DNA from: Clostridia bacterium
GTDB taxonomy: Bacteria > Bacillota > Clostridia > Christensenellales > Borkfalkiaceae
Assembly (NCBI GenBank): GCA_017545865.1
Contig: JAFWXO010000013.1
Location: 8,848 to 72,847, forward strand
Reading direction: 5' to 3'
Length of the DNA: 64,000 nt
The position numbers and the translations under genes are program-made. The notes under the pieces are model-generated. The model did no database searches, was not told the origin of the DNA, and was given only the letters and a program-made list of their open reading frames with translations. Position 1 is the stretch's first letter; the number at the start of each line of letters is the position of its first letter. Below are positions 37,242 to 45,466 of this stretch, in pieces.

Positions 37242-38390
37242 ATGCAAATTGAAGCGAAAGTGATGATGGCGCTGATTCGTTATGAGTTTGGCAAAGATCT
37301 GTCACAAGAAATTAAAAACTTAATAACGCCTGAGATTTTTAAGCCACTTTACGAGCTTTCTAAAAAGCACGATTTAACGCACTTGGTTGCCGACGCGCTT
37401 ATTGAAAATAACCTTTTAAAAGACGGCTCGGTTGCAAAGGAACGCTTTTCAATCGAAAGGGATATGGCAATCTATCGCTACGAGCAATTAAGTTTTGAAC
37501 TCGATAGAATTTGCGATACTTTAAAAGAACAAAAATTCACCTTTATCCCATTAAAAGGCTCGGTAATTCGCAAGTTTTACCCTAAACCTTGGATGAGAAC
37601 GAGTTGCGATATTGATATTTTGGTGAAGCCAGAAGATTTAAACGCCATTATCGAAATTTTAAAATCAAAACTTGAATACTCGCTTGATTGCATAGCCCCG
37701 TACGACGCTATTTTGAACGCTCCAAGCGGTGTTAACTTGGAACTTAGATACAACCCGTCTGCAATAAGCGAAAAAACCGCCACCGTTATAAACACCCTTT
37801 TTGATAGGGTGGTAAACAAAGGCGAATATCAACTGTTACTTGATAACGAAACGTTATACTTTTACCACCTTGAACACATGGCGAAGCATTTTTCAAACGG
37901 TGGTTGTGGCGTGCGCTTTTTCTTAGATTTTTACGTTATAAACAAAGCAATTTCTTTTGATGGGGAAAAGTTACAAAAACTCTTATCCGAAACGGGGCTT
38001 AGCGAATTTGCAAGCGCAGTTGAAAAAGTTGCAAACCACTGGTTCGGCGATGGCGAAAGCGATAAACTTATAAAAGATATTGAAGATTTCGTTTTAGGCT
38101 CAGGGATATTTGGCACGATGCAAAATAGAGTTGCTATCGGAAGAAAAAATAAAAGCAAAATAGGCTACTTATTTTCACGCGTATTCTTGCCGTATAAATA
38201 TTTAAAATATCAATTCCCAGTTCTTCAAAAACATCCGATTTTAGCACCATTTTGCCAAGTTAGAAGGTGGTTTAGGCTTCTTAGTAAGTCAAGTAGGCAA
38301 AAGTCCTTAAACGAGCTAAAAGAAATTCAAAACGGCGATTTTGAACGCCAAAACAAGGTTAATGATTTAATAAAAGAACTTAAACTTTAA
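37242..38390 (+). CDS. uncharacterised nucleotidyltransferase-family protein (NTP_transf_5-like)
   Basis: 382 aa. KGSVIRKFYPKPWMRTSCDIDILV matches the R-x-x-x-D-x-D core of that family. Function unknown. Confidence 0.6.
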   Translation: MQIEAKVMMALIRYEFGKDLSQEIKNLITPEIFKPLYELSKKHDLTHLVADALIENNLLKDGSVAKERFSIERDMAIYRYEQLSFELDRICDTLKEQKFTFIPLKGSVIRKFYPKPWMRTSCDIDILVKPEDLNAIIEILKSKLEYSLDCIAPYDAILNAPSGVNLELRYNPSAISEKTATVINTLFDRVVNKGEYQLLLDNETLYFYHLEHMAKHFSNGGCGVRFFLDFYVINKAISFDGEKLQKLLSETGLSEFASAVEKVANHWFGDGESDKLIKDIEDFVLGSGIFGTMQNRVAIGRKNKSKIGYLFSRVFLPYKYLKYQFPVLQKHPILAPFCQVRRWFRLLSKSSRQKSLNELKEIQNGDFERQNKVNDLIKELKL

Positions 38391-38407
38391 AAACGGCATA
38401 AAATAAA

Positions 38408-38435
38408 TTGCAAAATAAAAATTTTTAAGTATAAT
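38408..38435 (+). promoter_or_regulatory. sigma-A type promoter immediately upstream of cysK
   Basis: TTGCAA (38408-38413), 16-nt spacer, TATAAT (38430-38435). The cysK ATG is only 9 nt after the -10 box and no SD is visible. Confidence 0.55.
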
Positions 38436-38444
38436 AGTATTATT

Positions 38445-39377
38445 ATGATATATGAAAACGTATTACAGGCGATAGGTCACACGCCTATTATTCGCCTTAA
38501 CAAAATGGTAGATAGCGATAGCGCTGAAATCTTAGTTAAGTTTGAAGGTTTGAACGTAGGCGGTTCTATTAAAACGAGAACTGCTTACAATATGCTTATA
38601 GACGCTGAGAAGAAAGGTCTTATCGATAGCGACAGTATTATCGTTGAACCGACAAGCGGTAACCAAGGCATAGGCTTGGCGCTCGTTGGCGCTGTAAAAG
38701 GCTATAAAACGGTTATTATTATGCCTGATTCCGTTAGTGAAGAAAGGCGCAAACTCGTGCGTCATTACGGCGCGGAAGTCGTTTTAGAACACGATGACGG
38801 CAATATCGGCGACTGCATTGACCGTTGCTTAAAACGCGCTATTAAAATGAAAGAAGAAAACCCAAAAGTTTTCGTTCCGCAACAGTTTGAAAACCCTGCA
38901 AACCCAACCGTTCACCGCCACCACACAGGCTTAGAAATCTTAGAACAAGTTGCAGGCCCTATTCACGGCTTTTGTTCTGGTATTGGCACAGGCGGAACTA
39001 TCACTGGCATTGGCGAAGTTTTAAAGGCGCAAAACCCCGATATTAAGATTTGGGCGGTTGAGCCTGAAAACGCCGCAATACTCGCTGGTGGAACGATAGG
39101 CACTCATATTCAAATGGGCATTGGTGACGGGCTTATTCCCGCAGTTTTAAACACCGATATTTTTGAAGACGTTTGCATTATTTCCGATGAAGAAGCCCTC
39201 CAAACGAGTAAAGATCTTGCCCGCTTAGAAGGTATTATGTGCGGAATTTCTTCAGGCACGAACGTTGCCGCGGCTAAAAAACTTGCAAAGGTTTTAGGCA
39301 AAGGCAAAACGGTTGTTACCGTTCTTCCCGATACTGCCGAGCGTTATTTTTCAACTCCATTATTTGATGAAGATTAA
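38445..39377 (+). CDS. cysK: cysteine synthase A (O-acetylserine sulfhydrylase)
   Basis: 310 aa. PLP-Lys context GGSIKTR, SGNQG loop, GIGTGGTITG. Confidence 0.9.
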   Translation: MIYENVLQAIGHTPIIRLNKMVDSDSAEILVKFEGLNVGGSIKTRTAYNMLIDAEKKGLIDSDSIIVEPTSGNQGIGLALVGAVKGYKTVIIMPDSVSEERRKLVRHYGAEVVLEHDDGNIGDCIDRCLKRAIKMKEENPKVFVPQQFENPANPTVHRHHTGLEILEQVAGPIHGFCSGIGTGGTITGIGEVLKAQNPDIKIWAVEPENAAILAGGTIGTHIQMGIGDGLIPAVLNTDIFEDVCIISDEEALQTSKDLARLEGIMCGISSGTNVAAAKKLAKVLGKGKTVVTVLPDTAERYFSTPLFDED

Positions 39378-39380
39378 AAT

Positions 39381-39409
39381 AAAACCCGACCAAAACGGTC
39401 GGGTTTTTT
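39381..39409. terminator. bidirectional intrinsic terminator between convergent cysK and the DeoR gene
   Basis: Stem cccgacc / ggtcggg (39385-39391 / 39397-39403), flanked by an A-run on the left and a T-run on the right. Confidence 0.8.
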
Positions 39410-40154
39410 AATATACAATTTCGGGAAGGGGAATATCGTTAAACATCTCGTTAATCGGCTTATCGGTCACTATATAGTCAATATCACGCGTGGTACAAGT
39501 AAAGTACGGGGAGATTTTACCAAACTTGGTGCTATCTGATAAAAACACCTTTCTCGTGGCGTTTTTAAGCATTGCTATTCTCGGTGGATTTTCTTCTTCA
39601 AAAATATCGTAAAGTTTTCCGTCGCGAGTGATTGACGCTACTGAGAAAAAGGCAATATCGGCGTGGAACTTTTCTATCATTGAGATAGCGTGTTCTCCGC
39701 CAAGCACCGAACTGTTGCTCTTTATAATATTTCCGCCAGTTGAGTAGGCGTTTATGCCGTTTTTAGCAAGAAGGGAAAGAGTGTCAATCCCGTTAGTGAT
39801 AACTTTAATATCCTTAAAGCCTGAAAGATATTCGGCGATAAAGAAAGCGGAAGTGGATGCGTCCAAAAAAATCACGTCGCCGTTCTTTATGAGTTTAGTT
39901 GCCGTTAAGGCAATTTTTTTCTTTTCTAAACTATTTTGGTGAGTGCGGAAGGAAAACGACGGCAAAAAGTTGCTTGAATCGTTCATTTTAGCGCCACCGC
40001 GCGTTCTCGTTACAAGCCCTTTTTCTTGAAGGCGAGTAAGTTTTCTTCTAACTGTTGAAGGGCTAATATAAAGCGTTTTTGAAATATCTTCAACAGACGC
40101 GTACTGCTTTGATTGAATAAACGATAAAATTTCTTTTTCTTGCAAATTGCTCAT
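39408..40154 (-). CDS. DeoR/GlpR-family transcriptional regulator
   Basis: 248 aa. N-terminal HTH (YASVEDISKTLYISPSTVRRKLTRLQEKGLV) and a C-terminal DeoR sugar-phosphate sensor domain. Confidence 0.85.
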   Translation of the reverse strand: MSNLQEKEILSFIQSKQYASVEDISKTLYISPSTVRRKLTRLQEKGLVTRTRGGAKMNDSSNFLPSFSFRTHQNSLEKKKIALTATKLIKNGDVIFLDASTSAFFIAEYLSGFKDIKVITNGIDTLSLLAKNGINAYSTGGNIIKSNSSVLGGEHAISMIEKFHADIAFFSVASITRDGKLYDIFEEENPPRIAMLKNATRKVFLSDSTKFGKISPYFTCTTRDIDYIVTDKPINEMFNDIPLPEIVY

Positions 40155-40237
40155 AATCTCTCATTTTGCTCAAATGAGCAGTTAAAATTGACCAAAAGCC
40201 AAGTTTTAACGCCAAAATATAAAAATTTCAATAAAAA

Positions 40238-40278
40238 TATTGATTGATTTGGCTAATTGTATTATAATCAAATCAATA
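40238..40278 (+). promoter_or_regulatory. promoter with overlapping imperfect inverted repeat (candidate DeoR-type operator)
   Basis: TTGATT (40240-40245), 17-nt spacer, TATAAT (40263-40268). tattgattgattt (40238-40250) faces aatcaaatcaata (40266-40278), whose reverse complement is tattgatttgatt. Confidence 0.55.
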
Positions 40279-40305
40279 AAAGTTGTCAATAATTTAAGGA
40301 GAATT

Positions 40306-41736
40306 ATGTTAGACGTTTGTGTTATAGGTGGTGGCGTTATTGGTGGCGCTATCCTTAGAGAATTAACTAAATACCGTTTAAACGTCGTTATGGTTGAAAA
40401 ATCGGCTGACGTTTGTATGGGGCAAAGCAAGGCAAATTCTGGTATATCTCACGCCGGTTACGATGCTAAGAACGGCTCGCTCAAGGCTAAATTTAACGTG
40501 CTTGGCAACAAAATGATGCCTGCTTACGCTGAAGAACTTGGCGTTAAGTATAGAAACAACGGCTCGCTCGTAGTTGCTTATTCTGAAGAAGAAATAAAAA
40601 CCCTTCACGAACTTAAAGCGCGTGGTGAAATTAACGGCGTTAGCGATTTAGAAGTTATCGGGCAAGAAGAACTTAGAGCTTTAGAGCCTAATATTTCCGA
40701 TAATGCGGTTGGCGCGCTTTTTGCTAAAACTGGCGGTATCGTTTGCCCTTACGAACTTACGATTGCCGAAATTGGCAACGCTATGGACAACGGCGCAAAA
40801 CTCAATTTAAACTTTGAAGTTTGTTCTATTGATAAAAAGGACGGATACTACACCGTAAAATCTACCGACGGTAGAGAAGTTGACGCTAAAATGGTAATAA
40901 ACGCAAGCGGTCTTTCTAGTAGCAAAATTGCGAACATGGTTGGCGACACTTCTTTTAAAGTTGGCGGTAGAAAGGGTGAATATATCCTCTTAGATAGAGA
41001 GAGCGGAGATTTTTGTTCGCACACGATATTTAAAACTCCTACTGAAAAGGGCAAGGGTATTTTAGTTAGTCAAACGGTTGACAACAATATTTTACTTGGA
41101 CCTACCGCTGAAGCGGTTGAAGACGGGGAAACTTACACTTCTCAAGTAGGCCTTGATTTCGTTATAAAAACTGCAAACGAAATGATGAAGAAAGTTCCGC
41201 TTTACAATACTATAACTTCATTTGCAGGCGTTAGAGCGTTTAGCGATAGGCACGATTTTATTATTGAAGAAAGCAAGGTTGCAAAAGGTTTTATAAACGT
41301 TGCGGGTATTGAGTCGCCCGGTCTTACGTCCGCTCCTGCAATCGGCAAATTTGTTGTTGAAGAAATCGTTGCTAATATTTTACCGCTTGAAAAGAACGAA
41401 AACTTTAACGGCAGAAGAACTCCCGATTATTTCTTTAAAAATTTAAGCGTTGAAGAAAAGAACGCCATTATCAAAAAAGACAAACGCTACGGTAAAATCG
41501 TTTGCCGTTGCGAAGAGATAACCGAAGGCGAAATCGTTCGCGCTATTCACGAAAACCCAAAAGCAACCACGGTTGATGCGGTTAAGCGTAGAGTAAGGGC
41601 GGGCATGGGTAGATGCCAAGGTGGTTTCTGTCAACCCCACGTTGCCGAAATTATCGCAAGAGAACTCGGCATTACTATGGAAGAAGTTTTAAAGAGTGAA
41701 CAAGGCTCAAGGTTATTGGTAGGTAAAACGAAATGA
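40306..41736 (+). CDS. FAD-dependent oxidoreductase, GlpA/glycerol-3-phosphate dehydrogenase-like, with BFD-like [2Fe-2S] C-terminal domain
   Basis: Starts MLDVCVIGGGVIGG (GxGxxG). C-terminal CRCEEIT...GRCQGGFC motif. AAGGAG at 40296-40301 supports ATG 40306 rather than the ORF-track start 40240. Confidence 0.8.
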   Translation: MLDVCVIGGGVIGGAILRELTKYRLNVVMVEKSADVCMGQSKANSGISHAGYDAKNGSLKAKFNVLGNKMMPAYAEELGVKYRNNGSLVVAYSEEEIKTLHELKARGEINGVSDLEVIGQEELRALEPNISDNAVGALFAKTGGIVCPYELTIAEIGNAMDNGAKLNLNFEVCSIDKKDGYYTVKSTDGREVDAKMVINASGLSSSKIANMVGDTSFKVGGRKGEYILLDRESGDFCSHTIFKTPTEKGKGILVSQTVDNNILLGPTAEAVEDGETYTSQVGLDFVIKTANEMMKKVPLYNTITSFAGVRAFSDRHDFIIEESKVAKGFINVAGIESPGLTSAPAIGKFVVEEIVANILPLEKNENFNGRRTPDYFFKNLSVEEKNAIIKKDKRYGKIVCRCEEITEGEIVRAIHENPKATTVDAVKRRVRAGMGRCQGGFCQPHVAEIIARELGITMEEVLKSEQGSRLLVGKTK

Positions 41737-42989
41737 AAAACAGTTACGATATAATTATTATCGGCGGTGGCCCGGCAGGTCTTGCGGCGGCAATCTCCGC
41801 TTACGATAACGGCGTTAAAGATATTTTAATTCTTGAAAGAGAACCGCAACTCGGTGGTATTCTCAATCAATGTATCCACAACGGTTTCGGCTTGGCTCGT
41901 TTTAAAGAAAGTTTAACCGGCCCTGAATACGCTGAAAGGTTTATCGACGGCGTTGTTGAAAGAAATATTGAATATTTAACTAAAACTACCGTTCTTTCGG
42001 TATCTGAAGATAAAAAAGTTACGGCGATCAACGAAGATGAGGGCGTGTTTACCGTTAGTGGTAAAGCGATAGTTTTATCAATGGGTTGCCGTGAAAGAAG
42101 CCGTGGGGCGCTCAACGTTGCAGGCACTCGCCCTGCGGGTGTTTACTCGGCAGGTACTGCTCAAAAATACGTTAATATCTTAGGCTATATGCCGGGTAAG
42201 AGCGTTGTTATCTTAGGCTCTGGCGATATCGGTCTTATAATGGCTCGCCGTATGACGCTTGAAGGGGCAAAGGTTCACGCCGTTTGTGAAATTATGCCAC
42301 ACTCGTCTGGCTTAAAGAGAAATATCGTTCAATGCTTAGATGATTTTGATATTCCCTTATATCTCAACCACACCATTATAAATATTGAAGGAAAAACGAG
42401 AGTAACGGGTGTTACGATCGCTCAAGTTGATGAGAATAAGCGCCCCATTAAAGGTACGGAAAAGCATTTTGATTGCGACACCGTTTTATTCTCGGTAGGC
42501 TTAATTCCTGAAAACGAACTTTCAAAAACCGCTGGCGTTGAACTCTCGCCAAGAACTAAGGGCGCGGTAGTTGACCAGTCGAGAGAAACGAGCGTTGACG
42601 GTATTTATGCTTGCGGAAACGTTTTACAAGTTCACGATCTCGTTGACTTCGTTTCGGAAGAAGCAGAAATAGCGGGCAAGTTCGCCGCTGATTACGTTTT
42701 AAACGGCAAGAAAGACAAAAAGACGGTTGAAACCGTTTGTGGCGCTAACGTTTCTTACGTTTTACCGCAAAAAATCAACGTTCTCGATAAAGAAAACGTT
42801 AAACTTTTCTTTAGAGTTAACAAAGTTATTAAAAATTGTACCGTTAAAGTTACTTGCAACGGTGAAACTATCGCTACTAAAAAGAAAAAGATTTCCGTTC
42901 CCGGCGAAATGGAAACAGCGCTTATCTTGGCTAACAAGTTAGGAAGTTTAAACGGTGAATTAACCGTTTCTGTGGAAGGTGAATTATGA
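41733..42989 (+). CDS. NAD(P)/FAD-dependent pyridine-nucleotide-disulfide-type oxidoreductase
   Basis: 418 aa with two Rossmann motifs (IIIGGGPAGLAAA; ILGSGDIGL). It is the standard partner of the upstream GlpA-like gene. Confidence 0.8.
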   Translation: MKNSYDIIIIGGGPAGLAAAISAYDNGVKDILILEREPQLGGILNQCIHNGFGLARFKESLTGPEYAERFIDGVVERNIEYLTKTTVLSVSEDKKVTAINEDEGVFTVSGKAIVLSMGCRERSRGALNVAGTRPAGVYSAGTAQKYVNILGYMPGKSVVILGSGDIGLIMARRMTLEGAKVHAVCEIMPHSSGLKRNIVQCLDDFDIPLYLNHTIINIEGKTRVTGVTIAQVDENKRPIKGTEKHFDCDTVLFSVGLIPENELSKTAGVELSPRTKGAVVDQSRETSVDGIYACGNVLQVHDLVDFVSEEAEIAGKFAADYVLNGKKDKKTVETVCGANVSYVLPQKINVLDKENVKLFFRVNKVIKNCTVKVTCNGETIATKKKKISVPGEMETALILANKLGSLNGELTVSVEGEL

Positions 42990-43327
42990 TAAGAGAACTC
43001 ACTTGCGTTGAATGCCCGATGGGTTGCAAAATAACCGTTAAAGAAGAAAACGGCGTTAAAGAATTTTCAGGTTACTCTTGCCCCCGCGGTAAGATGTACG
43101 CTGAAAATGAAATTGTAGATCCCAAAAGGGTTGTTACTTCTACCGTAAAACTCGTTGGCGGTGGAGTCCTTCCCGTAAAGACTGACGCTCCCGTTAGCAA
43201 AAAAGAAATGTTCAAGGTTATGGAAGTTATCAATTCTATAACCGTTTCTGCGCCCGTAAAAACGGGTGACGTTATTAAGGAAAACGTGTACGGCGCGAAT
43301 ATTATTTCGGCAAAGACAGTAAAATAA
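42986..43327 (+). CDS. DUF1667-family small Cys-motif protein
   Basis: 113 aa. CVECPMGC ... YSCPRG motif. It is the third member of the conserved three-gene set. Confidence 0.75.
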   Translation: MIRELTCVECPMGCKITVKEENGVKEFSGYSCPRGKMYAENEIVDPKRVVTSTVKLVGGGVLPVKTDAPVSKKEMFKVMEVINSITVSAPVKTGDVIKENVYGANIISAKTVK

Positions 43328-43333
43328 TTTGTT

Positions 43334-44743
43334 ATGTTTGATAAACTCTACGAAAGCCTTGGTAGTAACACCGTGGCGATAACGATAATTGCAATATCGG
43401 CGATATTAGTTTTCGGATTCTTAGCAACGCGAATCACGAAACTTTTAAAGCTGCCAAACGTTACGGCGTACGTTGGCGTTGGTATTTTGATCGGTCCGTA
43501 TTGCTTGGATATAATTCCAAAATCAGTCGTTACGGGCTCGGCGTTTATATCGGATATTGCGCTTGCGTTTATATCTTTTGGAATAGGCGAGTTTTTCAAA
43601 CTTGGCGTTATTAAAAAGAACTTTAAAAGTATAACCGTTATAACGCTAATAGGTATAGCGGTTACTTCCGTTTTAATATTTATTCTAACTTATTTTATCT
43701 TTGGGCTTAACTTGTCGGTTTCGATTGTTTTATCGTCAATGTCGTTCGTGGTATCGCCAGTTTCCACGGCTATGACCATTCGCCAAAAAGACGGGAAGGG
43801 AGATTTTGTTGAAAACCTTTTATCCGTTATTGCTTGTAAAGACGTGTTAGGCTTGATTTTATTCTCCGTTGCAATATCGGTTGGCGCTGGTTTATCGCTT
43901 GGAAACGTTACCTTTTCAAGCGTTATAAAGCCCGTGTTTTTGAACTTGTTTATGATAGGGCTCGGCTTTGTTTTAGGCTTAGTTTTAAAGGCGCTAATGG
44001 CAAGGCGTTCTAACGATAATCGCCTTATAGTGTCGATTGCGCTATTATTTTTGCTTTGTGGCGCAGGCTCGATGCTCGGCGTTTCACCGCTACTTGGCTG
44101 TATGATAATGGGCGCGGTTTACGTTAATATTTCGGGCGATGAAAAACTCTTTAAACAAATAAGATATTTCTCTCCGCCGATACTTTTAATCTACTTTGTA
44201 AGATCGGGTTTAAACTTTGACTTAAAAGCGTTAACTACAACTGGCGTTACGGCAATTCCGCTTATCGTTTTGTGCTTAATTTACATAGTAGTTCAGTTTA
44301 TCGGAAAATACGCGGGCGCATACCTTGGCTCAACGCTTATGAAAAAACCGAAAGAGTTTAAACTCAACTTTGGTTTAGCGCTTTTACCTCAAGCGGGAAT
44401 AGCGATAGGTTTATCGGAACTTGCTGCAAGATATTTAAGCGGAGCGGACGGCACGGTTGTAAAAACGATAATACTTTCAGTCGGAATTATTTGCGAAATT
44501 TTCGGGCCGGTGCTTGCCGATCTTGCGCTTAGGCGTTCAGGTTCTTACGGGGCAAGTGAAACGGTTGTTGATGAAGAATTATCAAGGCGCGTTCGCCACG
44601 AAGAACTCGTTAAAAAACTCAACGATATTAAGAGTGAAATAAGCGTTATCGACTATGCTCGCAGTGAGAACGAAGAAGCGTTTATGGAACTTGAAGAAGA
44701 ATATTATATTCCAAAAAACAACAAATTTAAAAATAGGAGATAG
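43334..44743 (+). CDS. cation:proton antiporter (Na+/H+ exchanger family)
   Basis: 469 aa, about 12 TM segments with a hydrophilic acidic/basic C-terminal tail. Only 6 nt after the DUF1667 gene. Confidence 0.7.
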   Translation: MFDKLYESLGSNTVAITIIAISAILVFGFLATRITKLLKLPNVTAYVGVGILIGPYCLDIIPKSVVTGSAFISDIALAFISFGIGEFFKLGVIKKNFKSITVITLIGIAVTSVLIFILTYFIFGLNLSVSIVLSSMSFVVSPVSTAMTIRQKDGKGDFVENLLSVIACKDVLGLILFSVAISVGAGLSLGNVTFSSVIKPVFLNLFMIGLGFVLGLVLKALMARRSNDNRLIVSIALLFLLCGAGSMLGVSPLLGCMIMGAVYVNISGDEKLFKQIRYFSPPILLIYFVRSGLNFDLKALTTTGVTAIPLIVLCLIYIVVQFIGKYAGAYLGSTLMKKPKEFKLNFGLALLPQAGIAIGLSELAARYLSGADGTVVKTIILSVGIICEIFGPVLADLALRRSGSYGASETVVDEELSRRVRHEELVKKLNDIKSEISVIDYARSENEEAFMELEEEYYIPKNNKFKNRR

Positions 44744-44746
44744 GTT

Positions 44747-45466
44747 ATGGGGCAAGATTACATTGTAAATTTACTCGGCGACTGGTCTGAAGGTTTGGGG
44801 CTTGGAGCGGTTGCGTTAAAACTTTCGCTCGCGTTCATTTTAGCAATGGTAACGGGTATTGAAAGAGCGACTAAACGCCACGCTGCGGGGCTTAGAACTT
44901 TTGTTTTAGTTGCGCTCGTTTCCGCGCTCGCATCGATGTGTGACGAATATATGATTGAACATTTCGGCGTGCAATTTTCCTTCGTAACGGGGGCAACCGT
45001 TATAGGTATTGCAATTCTTAGTTCTAACACCATTTTATATAGTTCAAAAAACCAACTTAAAGGCGTTACCACTTCCGTTGCGCTTTGGGGAATAAGCATT
45101 ATTTCAATTTTCATAGGTTTTGGGCATTATACTATTGCGCTTTGCGGTTATTTAGTTTACTTTACTTGTATTGCGCTTTTCCCAAATTTAGAAACGTATT
45201 TTAAAATGCGCTCCAACCACTTTGAAATTCACCTTGAATTAAAAGGTAAAAACCACCTTACCGAGTTTATTGAAACTATTAGGCGCTTGGGGCTTAGGAT
45301 TGACGATATTGAAATCAACCCCGCCTACGCAAACTCAGGCCTTGCTGTTTATTCGGTTGCGCTCACTATCGTTTCAAAAGAACTTAGAGAGTGCAAAACT
45401 CACGATGAAATCGTTAGCGTGTTAAAAGAACTTGAATACGTTAACCACGTTGAAACTATTATTTAA
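44747..45466 (+). CDS. mgtC: MgtC/SapB-family membrane protein
   Basis: 239 aa. N-terminal MgtC TM domain (GIERATKRHAAGLRT) and a soluble ACT-like C-terminal domain. Confidence 0.78.
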   Translation: MGQDYIVNLLGDWSEGLGLGAVALKLSLAFILAMVTGIERATKRHAAGLRTFVLVALVSALASMCDEYMIEHFGVQFSFVTGATVIGIAILSSNTILYSSKNQLKGVTTSVALWGISIISIFIGFGHYTIALCGYLVYFTCIALFPNLETYFKMRSNHFEIHLELKGKNHLTEFIETIRRLGLRIDDIEINPAYANSGLAVYSVALTIVSKELRECKTHDEIVSVLKELEYVNHVETII

